A DNA stretch of 64,000 nucleotides from Octopus vulgaris. Taxonomy: Eukaryota. This document shows, piece by piece, positions 1 through 13,609 of this stretch. Location: assembly GCA_951406725.2 (NCBI GenBank), contig OX597816.1, forward strand, positions 119,040,001 to 119,104,000, in the 5' to 3' direction. Position 1 is the first letter of the stretch. Each line of letters starts with the position of its first letter. A program made the position numbers and the translations under genes. Below the pieces are notes generated by a model. The model was not told the DNA's origin and ran no database searches. It worked only from the letters and a program-made list of their open reading frames with translations.

Positions 1-1373
1 TACATGTGTGGGTGTGTATATGTACATATATATATAGTCATACATACGCACACATACATACATATATACTCGTACATTTATATGTGTGAGTGTGTTTATG
101 TGTCTATGCGTTCGTACGTGCGTGTATGTGCGCGCACACACGAATTCACTTAACCGAATGGTTATGAAATTCGCGTTGCAATCACGTGGCCGCGGTTTCG
201 AGCCTATTGTGTGATATATTGGGTATTGTGTAAATGTTTTTTCTTTTTTCGTTTTTGATAGTCTTCAGATCGATCCATGTCTTGTTAGTAAAATTTGGAA
301 AACGGTCGGATTGATGGTATATCTAATTCAAAAGTCCATCCTTGTCACTCAGAATATTACGCTGGAGAAAATGACTTTCGGAATTTGCATCTGAACAAAT
401 ACCGCTGATGTAACAATTCACGAATGCACTGTAGTCGTTGTAATTTAGGAATAAAACTTGGGTTATGCATTCAAATAATTACAGATTCAGAATACATTTA
501 GCTAATTCTTGCACCGTATTATGAATGCAAGAATAGCCGACCGGTTTAGAAGTTCGCTTCACCGTTATGTTGCTCTGGGTTCAATCTCATTGCGTGGTAT
601 AGAAGCTGTGTCAAAGTCCGTTGGATATATTTTATCTGTAATTCAAAGGACCAGCCTTGTCACAGGTTTTGAATTGAGGAAGATTTGGCTGCTATCTCAC
701 CTAGTAATTCGAGTGATCGCATTGAGGCTCCTTTATAGGATCTTGGAGCAAAGTAAACAGGATTCTAAACGACAGGAGAATTACATTAAATGTACGCGTT
801 ATATTAATTCCTCAAATTGATTACTACTTATTTTATCGATCTAGATCGAAGGATAATTTACGTCGACTCTAGCAATATGAACTCAGGCATAAAGAGGCTT
901 AATTAAAACACTGCAAGGCATTTCGTCTCCTGCTTTTTACTGTAACCTAATTAAATTTTTCGTTTGTGAGGTTCGATCTCTTCCAAGATCAATTGATTAA
1001 CAATTTTTAATTTTATTCAAGTAAAAGTTTCAGGCTTCTCTGACATTCACTGCCCACTTCTAAGGAGAAATAAAACGAAAAGGAACTCTTTTCCTTTAAA
1101 ACAAACATACACAACCTTTTCCGAGAAGTAAGCAGCATGACACATGGCTCGTCAAGATAATTTTTTGTTGGCGTGTTATTCAGAAAGTCCTGCGGTTTGC
1201 AGTTTGCTCATGACTGATTTAAAACCAAGTGGATACTTCATACTAATTTATTCTGTACTAATTTATGTTGGTTATCTCCTGAAATAAAGTCATCCGCACG
1301 TCGGCGAAATAACGCGGTAGTAGTCGTAGTAAGGAAATATAAATCTTTTACATTGTCTTACACAATATATCGT

Positions 1374-1699
1374 GAAGGCGCGTGTCTCAGTGGTTAGGAT
1401 ATTCGGCTTACGATTGTGAGGTCGTGAGTTCAATTCCCGGCAACGCGTTGTTTCCCTGAGCAAGACACTTTATTTCACGTTGCTTAAGTTCACTCACCTG
1501 GCAAAGATGAGTGGTACCTGTATTTCAAAGGGCCAGCTTTGTCACACTCTGTGTAGCACTGAATCTCCATGTGAACTACGTTTAGAGGTACACTTGTCTG
1601 TGGAGTGCTCTATCATATGCACGTTAATTTCACGAGCAGGCTGTTCCGTTGATCGGATCAACTGGAACTGTCATCGTCGTAAGCGACGGAGTGCCAGTT
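1374..1699 (+). mobile_element. tRNA-derived SINE
   Basis: Head GAAGGCGCGTGTCTCAGTGGTTAGG (A-box-like) ... GAGTTCAATTCCC (B-box-like). The 3' tail matches the reverse complement of the copy at 58554-58939. Confidence 0.85.
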
Positions 1700-1764
1700 A
1701 CACAATATATCAAAGAAATCTCCATTAATAAATGCCATCTAACCGGTTACCCGACCTGCCCCTG

Positions 1765-1975
1765 ACTAATACAACTCTTTCACGTCAGATGTCCCTATCT
1801 TCCATAGCAGTCTTCATATCCTCAACTTGATATTTAGTGTCTTCCACAAGTAGATCGATATAAATTTTTCTCGATCTGCCAATACCTGTTTGTCGATGCT
1901 TGGGTTTCCAGAGTAGAAGATCACTGGGTATTTCATTCAGAAAAAGTGTTTCTAAGAAGAACGTTTGATCCAAGA
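1765..1975 (-). mobile_element. RTE-like LINE 3' fragment
   Basis: Minus-strand translation PSDLLLWKPKHRQTGIGRSRKIYIDLLVEDT...AMEDRDI resembles the C-terminus of RTE-clade ORF2. Confidence 0.6.
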
Positions 1976-2235
1976 TAGTCATGAATAGAGTCGAACACAC
2001 ACACACACACACACACAAGCTCATAAATGCACATAGCCCAAAACATACACATCCAAACACGCACATGCAGATATACGAACGCTTACGCGTGCACATACAC
2101 GAACACATACACACGCGTCACATACATGGACACACACACACACACACACATGTATAGATAGCTTTTCATTAGAATGAAACCAGTTCAGCTTCAGGTTCAT
2201 GTAATTAACCTTGAAAGAAAATCGTAATTGCATGC

Positions 2236-2307
2236 TAATAATGGCGATGGTAATGATCCTAATGCTGATGACGTCGATGACAACTATGAAGCAATAACAA
2301 CAACATC

Positions 2308-2363
<56 letters not shown>

Positions 2364-2373
2364 CAATAATAAA

Positions 2374-2450
<77 letters not shown>

Positions 2451-2650
2451 TGATGATAATAATAATAATAATAACAACAACAGCAATAACAATAATAATA
2501 ATAATAATGATAATGACAATAATAGTAATAATAATAATAATAATCAAAATAATAATAATAATAATAATTTATAATAATGATGATAATGATAATAATAACA
2601 ATAATAATAATAATGATAATGATGGTGACAACAACAACAACAACAACAAC

Positions 2651-2703
<53 letters not shown>

Positions 2704-2773
2704 GAAGAAGAAGAAGAAGAAGAAGAATGATAATGATGATGACAATAATGATAATAATAAAATAATAATAATG

Positions 2774-2846
<73 letters not shown>

Positions 2847-2856
2847 TGATGATGAT
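2236..2856. repeat. compound (AAT)n/(AAC)n/(AAG)n/(GAT)n microsatellite
   Basis: Directly visible trinucleotide runs. Confidence 0.95.
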
Positions 2857-3475
2857 AGTTGGGGACATACAATTGTTTATAGCATTTCTAGATCATTTTA
2901 ACATCAGACATATGGTTGATGGAAAACTAGGAACTTAGACACAAAACCTGAATTGAATCAGTCACTTTCGCTCTTCTGCGCTCTCATATACGATACCTTA
3001 TATGCAAAACATACAGAGCAACCAATTATAGAAGAGAAGAATAAGCGTCCGTTAACTTATTTCTGTGACAGATTACAAATTTTCCAATAAAAAAGTAAAA
3101 AGATAAACAAAGCAAAAACGAAGGAGATGCAAAATCAAAAATATAATAACAAATAGCTAAAACCCCATCTAGTTTTCATCACAGCTTTAATAAAATCAAA
3201 ATGTGTCAGAAAGATTTCGTCCCAATAGTTTAAGAATAATATATAAGAAACAAGGATGAGGAGTAATAGTAAGGAGGGCGGGATAAATAGCGGGAAAAGG
3301 GGGAGAATAAATAAAATAGAATTAAAAAAAATAAAATAAAAATAAAATAAAACTCTGAACGCAACGGAAGTCAGTCTAATGGGCCATGCTGTAATGAATT
3401 TATAATGCAATGCATGCCAACGGCGCAATCATCATAACCGTGCTTTTTTGGCTTCCATTCAGAACATTACAACTT

Positions 3476-3489
3476 TGCGCCATCTGGCG
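3476..3489 (-). promoter_or_regulatory. candidate CTCF-binding motif
   Basis: TGCGCCATCTGGCG (reverse complement CGCCAGATGGCGCA) matches the CTCF core consensus and lies in a unique-sequence island. Confidence 0.4.
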
Positions 3490-4088
3490 AGAGAATACGT
3501 TAGCAAATAGTTAATGGCGACCGAAAAATAGGAAAGGCAAACATTTTATGGTGACTGAAAAGAAATAATAAAAAAAATAATAAGTACAAATACAAGAACA
3601 AAATAGAAAAGAAAAGAAGAAAATGAAAAGAGTGAAAATAACAAATTGGTTCAACACAAGGTGAAGAATTCTTCATGTTCAATGAGGCGTTTTTACTCCC
3701 CCCTAACTTTTATTTTTAAAAAACATGTCCATGAACAATGGCTGTTGTTTTGCCGTGACTGTTTAGCTACTAGCCGCGCATCGATAGGGAGACCCAAGGG
3801 ATCTAAAACAGTATGGCTGTTATAAGGAGCAGTTAGGCTAGAGCAGGGAGAAAAATGACAAAATCAATCAACTTGAATGAATTGTTGATAGTTGGAAGAC
3901 AGTGTTAACAAACAGGCTCTGTAACAGTTCCCTGGTAATCAATAACTGTTTGTTTCTTTTTACAACGCGACAATGATGTCTTTCAGATATGCGTATGTAT
4001 ATATACATATACATGCAAAAATAGATACATATACACACACACATACATACATACACACATACACAAAGATATCACTTTATCTCTACCC

Positions 4089-4141
<53 letters not shown>

Positions 4142-4243
4142 GTGTGTGTGTGTATGTATATCGTTATATATAAGTACATATATGTATGTATGACTTGATA
4201 GGTATACATTAACGTGAAAGAATATACTTTAGGTGTATGTATG

Positions 4244-4315
<72 letters not shown>

Positions 4316-4679
4316 GCTATCTATTTATCTATCTACCCAGCCGTCTACCTACGCATGCGCATATGCATTTATATAATAACCGATCTTTAGAGAAAACTAT
4401 ATTTTGTTTGTATCAAAGGAAATATTAAAATTACCATTCTTTTGGATTGTTTTCATGAATAAGGTACATATTTAAGGAATCAAAGTAGTCACTGTGAAAT
4501 GCTCTCAAGTAAGGAGATGTAAGCTGTGGCATTTATACCTTTTACACTGTAGCTGAAGAGAAATTGTTCCCGTCGGAACTGGAACGTTACCCGAGTGAAT
4601 ACGCCTAACATCGACAAAAATACGCAAATTTGGAAAAATTTGTACGACTGGAGTCGAATTTGACATGGTTGGTCTTTTT

Positions 4680-5518
4680 CTATGTCGCCCTGATACCTAA
4701 TTGAGCAGCTACAGCTTTAGCAGTGGAATAGATGAGAATATTTAAGGTTGTTAGATCATCCTCTTTATTTCTTAAGACCTGTCTAAGAGCATTATTATAT
4801 ATCATGATTATGTTGTTATTTTTTATGTTGTTTGAGAGCTTTTGTAGCGGTTCTCTGTTGATCATGTCAGTAAATTCAGTCTTGCTGAGTTCTCTCATAA
4901 TATCTTCTTTTGCTTCTATGATCTCTTTATTATTCACCTCAAATTCTGTGTCATATCTATTCTGGTGTTCTAGAGGTAGGTCTACTTTCTCCTATTTTTT
5001 TGCATATCTGTTCTTCGCTGTTCTTTCTTCAGCTTCTTCGTTGGGATGTACTGTTCGTACACTGGGTTCTGTGCATCTGTTACCTATTTCATTTGCATTG
5101 TTGCTATTTTTATTTGGTCTACCATGGAATCGTCAGTTAACCTTTTATTGTTAATGATGTTTCTACGTACATTACTTAATTTATTTGCGTCTGTATATCT
5201 GCGTACTTCGTTGACTACTTTCTCCATGAAGTGCATGTTTCTACAATGAGGTTATTGTTTGGGTTTAGTTTGGCTGTATAGAAAGCTTTCAACACATCTT
5301 TATAATCTCCTCTAGTCCATTTTATGCGCTTTGCTTTAGGTGATATTTTTGGTGGTGTCACTACAGGTCTAGGATTAGGGTTATACTGGTTCTGGTTACC
5401 TGGCAGTTCGTTTTTTTGAGAGTTTGTTCCAGCAGCAGACTTTTGGACTCCAGTCTGGTTCTTCTCTGGGTAACGCGGTCCTTGTCTCGGGCGATGACTG
5501 ATCCGGCATGAGTTTTGG

Positions 5519-5520
<2 letters not shown>
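4680..5520 (-). mobile_element. R4/Dong-like (RLE) retrotransposon, 5' part, decayed
   Basis: N-terminal motif RIKWTRGDYKDVLKAFY and downstream LTTLNILIYSTAKAV. The element starts immediately at a (TAA)n run. Confidence 0.7.
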
Positions 5521-5571
<51 letters not shown>

Positions 5572-5572
<1 letters not shown>

Positions 5573-5757
5573 GGCTCAGGTTTGGTCTTACTTATAGTAG
5601 GAATCATGTGTGTAGGTATCCACAAGTTTTCAGCAATATTTCAAGTACTTAGAACATTCCTGATAATTCTTGCTGTCTTTAAGAGACAAACATTCCGGAG
5701 GAGCTCCACCGGGCATTCTATTTCAATTCTCTTCAATCATTTGTCTACCTCTTTGCT
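5572..5757 (-). mobile_element. R4/Dong-like retrotransposon 3' end
   Basis: Minus strand reads ...IEIECPVELLRNVCLLKTARIIRNVLST*, typical of the R4-clade C-terminus. Flanked on both sides by (TAA)n. Confidence 0.65.
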
Positions 5758-5758
5758 A

Positions 5759-5823
<65 letters not shown>

Positions 5824-5829
5824 CATCAC

Positions 5830-5881
<52 letters not shown>

Positions 5882-5954
5882 GTTGTTGTTGTTGTTGTTG
5901 TTGTTGTCGTCGTCATCGTCATCATCATCATCATCATCATCGTCATCATCATCA

Positions 5955-6014
<60 letters not shown>

Positions 6015-6420
6015 GCAGTTTAACCAGACGTCCTCTTTTCATAACTATACTTTCATTGGCAGATTTTCTTTCACTCCCAGCATACACCAGTAAAGTAATT
6101 TCCATATATTAACCTGTAATCGTTAAAATTCAATAATCAATTTTTAACATTGAAATATAAAACCATACACCATCAATATGCTAACAAATTTAAGAATTGC
6201 CATGCCGTTGGGTGTATTCACTATGCATACATTATTTGATAGCTAGAGGCAATTAAATTAGATATCTTGGAGCTATTGGCTTCCGTAATTATAGTTTTCT
6301 CTTTTACACACAAGAATAATGCTGCCACAATTTTGACGCTCATTGTTTTAATATTACATTTCTCGTATTATGTAAGTACGGTGCATTTGCATTATATACA
6401 TTTCATCGTTTTTGCCAAAA

Positions 6421-6453
<33 letters not shown>

Positions 6454-6586
6454 GTATATGTATATGTATATTTATACACATGCACACACACATACATATA
6501 CTATAGTTATATATAAACACATACATATACACTTATGAATTATATATATATATACACACACACACACACGCACACACATAAACACG

Positions 6587-6640
<54 letters not shown>

Positions 6641-6654
6641 GAGTAAGAATAATA

Positions 6655-7023
6655 AGAAGCATGACATTGCAATCTGTTTATTTCGTATCAGTTACGATCG
6701 CTTCAGCGATCGATAATCAAGTTCGATGAATAATTAATCACATATTATAAATTACAACTTATAAAATATGTAATAAGTTGTAAATTATGGTTTGTGATTA
6801 TTCATCGATCTTAATTAACGATCGTAACGGATGTGAAATAAAGGAAATGTCAACTTCCTACTTCCTGTTATTGCCTCATACTATATCTGTTCTTCTAATA
6901 GCCTTGTAGTGTTTGCATATTCCTTTACCAGATCATGTGACAGAGGAAGTTTAACAGGGGTTTTATTAGCAGCCGGAAGCAGTTCGGTAATTTGTCGCGC
7001 ATCTAGCGCAAGCATTTACTCTT
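6655..7023. repeat. decayed fold-back inverted repeat with 3' extension
   Basis: Nested complementary blocks TTTATTTC/GAAATAAA, GTTACGATCG/CGATCGTAAC, TCGATGAATAAT/ATTATTCATCGA and TTACAACTTAT/ATAAGTTGTAA around ~6767. Lies between (CA)n tracts. Confidence 0.7.
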
Positions 7024-7070
7024 TATATGTATACACAACGCACGCGTGCACATACAGACACATACACACA

Positions 7071-7128
<58 letters not shown>

Positions 7129-7498
7129 GGATATAATCTCTTGTGGGCAAGAAATATAAAATAAAGTTTATTATAAACAACACAAACACTTCTTAATTTA
7201 ATAGCTTTCAATGTGATACCTGTTAAACAGAAGTTATTTTTATTTATTGAAAATTTAATAAAATCTAATTATAAGTAAGTAAAATTATGCCAAATACAAC
7301 AAAATTGAAAACCTTCGCCATATCGGTAATTCTGAAAACTTTTGGTTGCGAAATTGACATAAAAAAGCTTTTTAAACAAATTTTATCCAGAAAATCACCG
7401 GCGTAAATTACATGGGTTATTACGGCATTTGAACTGTTAAGGTTATTTTCGCACTTTACCCAGTAAATAGTAAATAGTATTTTCCTTAACAATAGATC

Positions 7499-7568
<70 letters not shown>

Positions 7569-8647
7569 ATGTGTATATATGTTATTTCTTTATTTACATG
7601 TGTATATATGTATGTACGTATGTATGGATATATAAATATATATATATACACACAAATAGATATATAGCTTGATATATATAGAGAGAGAGAGGGGGGAAAG
7701 AAAGAAAGAGAAAGAGAGGGAGGGAGGGAAGGAGGGAGGGAGAGGGATATGCGTATTTACATGCATATATTTTGGCGCAAATATCCACATTTCCCAGCGA
7801 ACATACATGCACACATGTACACATCCTATATAAAAATAAGTGATACTCTCTCATTGTCAGGAATTATATGGCAATCAAAAAGCTTATTGATGTTGTTGGC
7901 ATCAATAGTCGGGATCTATAAAGCAATAAGACGCAACGAATATTTACCCCCATCTGGACACACGTATAAGCACATCCTGACAAGCAACTCTAGCGCATCC
8001 TTCCCTCTCCCGCCTACTCGTCTTCTCGCCTTTTCGCCTTCTCGCTTTCTCGCCTTTTCTAGCGGAGTTTTTACTACGTGCAACGTCATCAGGCAAGATT
8101 GAAACGCACTCGGCTGTGTCATCACCAATCCGAGTCAACTGACCTGAAAAAGGTGGCGCTCTTGTCACCAGTGAAAAGCAAAATTATAAACCGGAAAGTG
8201 GGATAAAAATAACATCCCTTTTCCTCTTCGTCTCAAGTAACAAAACAAAAAGAGATCCATAAAAAGTGTGGGGGGAGGGGATGACAAAGAAACAAAAGAA
8301 AAACATATAAAGAACAATAAATAAACAAAAATATATAAACAAGTGTTATAATAACCATGATAGACTGCCGATCTTCAACTGCACATACATGTATACATAC
8401 ACACACACATATATTCAGGCATACATGCATACATACAAACATACGTACGTATACATACACATACATAGACATGCATACATACGTAATGCATTACGTCGAT
8501 TACATAAATACACAGCTAATATATGTGCGCATATATATTTATATATGTATATGTGTATGCACACACGCATACATACACACGCACACACACACATATATAT
8601 ATATATACACACATACACATATACACACACTCACATATATATACATA

Positions 8648-8716
<69 letters not shown>

Positions 8717-9299
8717 TATATATATACATGAATTACATAAATACATACACACACACATATATATTTTCAGTATATGTGTATGTGTATCACATATTATATA
8801 TATATATGTATGTATGTGTTTGTGCATGTTTAAATGTGTGCGTGTGCAAGTGTACCTGCTTGTGTGTGTATGTGTGTGTGTGTGTGTTGTTTGTTTTGTA
8901 TTCATCCCGACCCGACAGATGTCATTACAATATATCAATGTACATTTGTTACAACTATGTTCCGTTGATCTTCAGGAAACTAGTTAAACTAATGGAGTGT
9001 GCTACGGGAAATGACCTTCGTAAGAGTACACACATGCAGATATTATACTTACATACATATATACACACGCACACGAACGCAGACGCACAAGCTCATGCAC
9101 ATACATACACACACACACACACACATCTCTCTTCTGCCTGTCATTATATACGTGTATGCTCCTGTGCATGCGTATATATGTGAATGTGTATGTGAGTGTG
9201 TGCGTTTGTGTGTGTGTACGCACAAAGACATATACATGCACATAGGTGATTGCGTGTTTATAATATGTATGTATATGTATGTGTGTGTGTGTAATCGCC

Positions 9300-12076
9300 A
9301 GCCACTAAGCTGAAAATATGCACACCTATGTTAAAAGTGCTAGCGAGTTTGCATGGCAACTTTGAGTTTGCTCAATTGAAAGGCATGGCCTCTAGGACAA
9401 AATTCCTCATCTTTTAAAATGTGGCCCGCGTAGACCCGAATGAAATTGGGTTGTATTACCGAAATAAGTAAAACAATAATAAACTATTTTAATCCCGAGC
9501 AAGGCTGGGTATATCTGTCTAATCTATAAAATGAAGAAGGCGAACGTTGATACAAATTGGATTTTTATGCGATTAAAATTTACAGCAGGGGGTTACTTGA
9601 GGCGAGAAATTGATTGGGAGACGTTTGGGGGCGCTACAGTGGTTGCTTTGGTGTGAAAACGGGGATTTTGTTGCTTTTAATGGACACTTGTGGGTGTAGA
9701 TTGGACACGTTTTGCCCGATTTCAATCTAATTTTCAACATTGTAAAGTGGAAGCGGATTTGTAATAGAAGCGCGGAAATCTAATTTTTTATGAATGGGAG
9801 CGAGATAGATAGAGAAAGAAAGCGAGGGAAAGTCCGAGAGAAGTGCTGAGTTATTTTATGGAACTCTTTGGCGAACCGCTAAGTTATTTTAGCAATCGCC
9901 TCTGGCCAAACGCTAAGTTATTTTATCGATCACGTTGATCAATTGAAAGGCATCGCCTCGAGGGCAAAATTCCTCATCTCTTAAAATGTGGCCTGCGTAG
10001 GTCCGAATGAAATCGGGTTAAAATACCGAAACAATTAAAACAATAATAAACTATTTTAATCCCGAGCAAGGTCCGGTATATCTGTCTAATCTATAAAATG
10101 AAGAAGGCAAACATTGATACAAATTGGATTTTTATGTAAGAAGGGGTCTAAATGGGGCTGGAAGGGGATTAAAATTTATAGGAGGGGCTAACTTGAGGTG
10201 GGAAATTGATTGGGAGACGTTTTGCAGCGCTACGGTGCTTGTTTTGGTGTGAAAACTGGGATTTTATTGATTTTGGGGGATACTTGGGGTTCTAGATCGG
10301 ACACCTTTTGCTCGATTTCAACCAAATTTTCAACATGGTAAAGTGGAAACGGATTTGCAATTTAAACGCGGAAATCGAATTTTTTATAAATGGCAGAATG
10401 ATAGATAAAGATAAAGAGTAAGAGAAAGTGAGGAAGAGTCCGAGAGAAAGGAAGAGTAAGAGAGTGGGAAAGTGAGAAAGGAGAGAGAAACAAAGAGAGA
10501 GAATGTGGTGATAAGAAACAGAAAGGAAGCAACAGAAAGTAACAACCACACTCACCCGCACGTAGAGCGGGTCACCTTAAGCTAGTCTCTATATTATAAT
10601 TCTGAAATGCAAAAAGTTTGTTTGTCTGGTTTTGACATTGAGAACGGGTTAAAGGCCACTAGATCCCGTCGAATTGACTCCAAAATTTACAGGGACATGT
10701 AAAATGAGATGAGGATGTGAGTGGGCTAGGCTAGAAATCTTTATCTCAAAAGCTGTGGTTACTTGGGCTACAAAACCCACACTTTGACAAGTGTTTGTCG
10801 CTTCTCTCTTTCGTATATGACCTTCTCTTCCTCGATCTCTCTCTTTCCCCCTTCCCTTCAATTTCTCTCTATAACGACGTTTGACAGCTTCGCCGTCTCT
10901 CTGTCACTCTTTCTCCCACCAACTCTCTCACTGCACATCTGTCTGTATCTATAGAGAGACACTTTGACAAGTGTTTGTCGTTTCTCCCTTTCACATATCA
11001 CCCTGTCTTCCTCCATCTCTCTTTCCTTCCTTCCCTCCAATTTCTCTCTATAACAACATTTGACAGCTTCGCCGTCTCTCTGTCACTCTTTCTCCCACCA
11101 ACTCTCTCACTGCACATCTGTCTGTATCTATAGAGAGACACTTCGACAAGTGTTTGTCGTTTCTCTTTTTCGCATATCTGCCTGTCTTCCTCCGTCTCTC
11201 TCTTTCCTCAATTCCCTCCAATTTCTCTCTATAACGACGTTTGACAGCTTCGACGTCTCTCTGTTACTTTTTCTTCCACCACCTCTCTCACTGTACGCCT
11301 GTCTGTATCTATGTTTAAATATTCCCGTCACAGGTCTTTTAGAACTGTGAATTATTACGTTGATACAAATTGGATTTTTATGTGAAAAGGGGTCTAAATG
11401 GGGCTGGAAGGGGATTAAAATTTACAGGAGGGAGTGTTTAGGAATTCTCAGTTACATCAAGCTAAAAACTTTGCGCCAGCCTTTAAATCGTCATGAAGAA
11501 GTTTTGAATGCCTACCGTGGTGAGTCTACTGTCGTGAGAAAGAATCACTTTAAAACTTGGTGTTTAGGAAATTTCTTTCACATCAAGTTCAAAATTTTGT
11601 GCCAATCGTTAAACTGCCAGTACGTTGTTAAGAAGTTTTGAATGCCAGCCATGGTGAGTCTACTATCCTCAAATTCTATCCCTTCAAACTTTGGTTTCTA
11701 ATATTTTTAAATTTTTATTCTGCTCGCAAGTTCGTCTGTCCCTTTTAAATGTTAGGGTTTTGCTGTTCGCCTTGAAGCAGACCTTACCGTTGTCACTGCC
11801 TGATATTTATGATTGATCTTTCAAAATATTTTCTTTCTCAAGTTACTCAAGATCTTTTGCTCTTTATAAATGGGAGAGAGATAGATAGAGAAAGATAGAG
11901 AGTAAGAGAAAGCGAGGGAGAGTCCGAGAGAAAGAAAGAGTAAGAGAGTGGGGAAAGTGAGAGAGAAAGGAGAGAGAAACAAAGAGGGAGAATGTGGCGA
12001 TAAGAAACAGAAAGGAAGCAACAGAAAGTAACAACCACACCCTCACCCGCGCGTAAAGCGGGTCACTTTAAGCTAG
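9300..12076 (+). mobile_element. tandem array of non-autonomous Helitron-like elements
   Basis: 3' ends are a GC hairpin plus CTAG (ACCCGC-N7-GCGGGT..CTAG at 10554-10585 and 12045-12076) or a decayed hairpin plus CTAA (~9492-9522, ~10060-10089). The junction CTAG|TCTCTATATTATAA is at 10585/10586. A shared module TTGATACAAATTGGATTTTTATG occurs three times. Confidence 0.75.
10779..11311 (+). repeat. internal tandem repeat, 180-bp period, ~3 copies
   Basis: ACTT(T/C)GACAAGTGTTTGTCG recurs at ~10781, ~10961 and ~11140. Confidence 0.9.
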
Positions 12077-12149
12077 TATATATATATATAAAGCACGATT
12101 TATTCGCGATCAGAGTTGTTAGAAAACAGAGGTACTATTGTATACATAT

Positions 12150-12189
<40 letters not shown>

Positions 12190-12194
12190 GGTGG

Positions 12195-12535
12195 TGGTGA
12201 CCCCCTTCGGTCAGACACTGACCATGGGTTTGCACCTAGAGAGTTATCCTCTGAGGCACAAGTCTGGGCAAGGTTGTTTTTTTATGGAAGACCAGCAGTC
12301 ACCCATGCATACCGGCCTCCTCTCTCTACGTCACCGATGTTGTCCAAGGGAAAGGCAAGGGCCGATACAGCTTGGCACCTGTGACGTCGCAATTAATTTC
12401 TACAGCTGAGTGAACTGGAGCAACGTGAAATAAAGTGTCTTGCTCAAGAACACAACACGCAGCCCGGTCCGGGATTCGAGCTCACAACCTCACGATCGTA
12501 AGTTTGACGCTCTAACCACTGAGCCACGCGCCTTC
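12195..12535 (-). mobile_element. tRNA-derived SINE
   Basis: Ends ...CTAACCACTGAGCCACGCGCCTTC (reverse-complement head). The body is homologous to the copies at 31535, 39328 and 43303. Confidence 0.85.
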
Positions 12536-12537
12536 AC

Positions 12538-12616
<79 letters not shown>

Positions 12617-13390
12617 GAGAAGTTGATTTTAGATGCTCAATGTTTTACGAAATAATAACTATAAATTTCTAATACTGGTACAAGGGAGGCGACATATTTT
12701 TGAGCATGGTACTATAATCTAAATCTCCTCTGAATCCTTAACTGTTACACATGATATCGTCCCCAGAATAATGAAATCATAAAAGGCCATAACGAAATAA
12801 CTCTAGGCCTGTTTTCTTTTCTGTTGTTGTTTTTCTTCTTTTTACTTTATTTGTTAGAAACAGCAACCAAATCTCTAATATACCACATTCCATGATCGGA
12901 GAAATGAAGGATACGTTGGTTAATATTATCTTAGAGGTACTTGAAATTATTCATGAAGCACCTTTGATCATAGTCTCTCGGGGCAAATTTTGTCCTGAAC
13001 TAAATTAGGTTAATTATAAATTATTTATGAATGAAATATATTTGATCATATGTCTGCAGGGTAAGCTTTTACAAGGAACGTTTTGGACCATAGGTTTCCT
13101 GGAGTTGATTTTTACATGTGACTGAATCAGGGCCTATGAAACGAGATACAGGGGTACATCATATACGGGTCAGGATATTTTTTAAAATCTCAGAAATTAT
13201 TTGCAGATGTTGACGTTTAACGTTCACAGAGGGGAAGATGAGGTTGCAAAAAATCTTTGTACTCCGTTAAAAAATGCCTTTCAGATTTATCGGGTTAAAA
13301 CAACAACAATGACAATGAGAATAATAGCAGTAACAATAACAAAAAAGAAATGTTGTCCCTCGTTCTATCAGCCTCAGTCGTCAAATGACC

Positions 13391-13609
13391 TTAAATTTTT
13401 TTGCATTTAATCCGGTTATATCCGGCCAAAGTTTTCTACCTGTTTTATCTTCAAATCAGCCAGATCTTACCTCTTACACCTATCCTACAATGTCATTTTA
13501 AATATAAACAATCACATCATTGAAGCTACAAGATAATGCTTGATTAATTCAAAATAATGCGAATAAAGAAGCATTATTTGACATAATAATCTGAATGCTA
13601 AACGTTTAA
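13391..13609. mobile_element. decayed TTAA-flanked MITE-like element
   Basis: Ends TTAAATTTTTTTGCATTTA ... GAATGCTAAACGTTTAA form imperfect terminal inverted repeats bounded by TTAA. Confidence 0.4.

Noticed and set aside
1374-1445. tRNA gene
   Set aside because: The A/B-box head continues into a SINE body found in several copies, and there is no complete acceptor stem or T-run terminator.
2228-2938. Poly-I/N/K ORF and the many YI/HT/CV-repeat ORFs across the window
   Set aside because: Microsatellite translation artefacts.
4550-4592. CTGAAGA with GTTCC/GGAAC hairpin
   Set aside because: No intact GAAA and no stem I; could be chance.
8925-8980. Minus-strand CTGAAGA...GTAAC...GTA hammerhead-like string
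   Set aside because: The GAAA core is mutated and stem I does not pair; at best a dead remnant.
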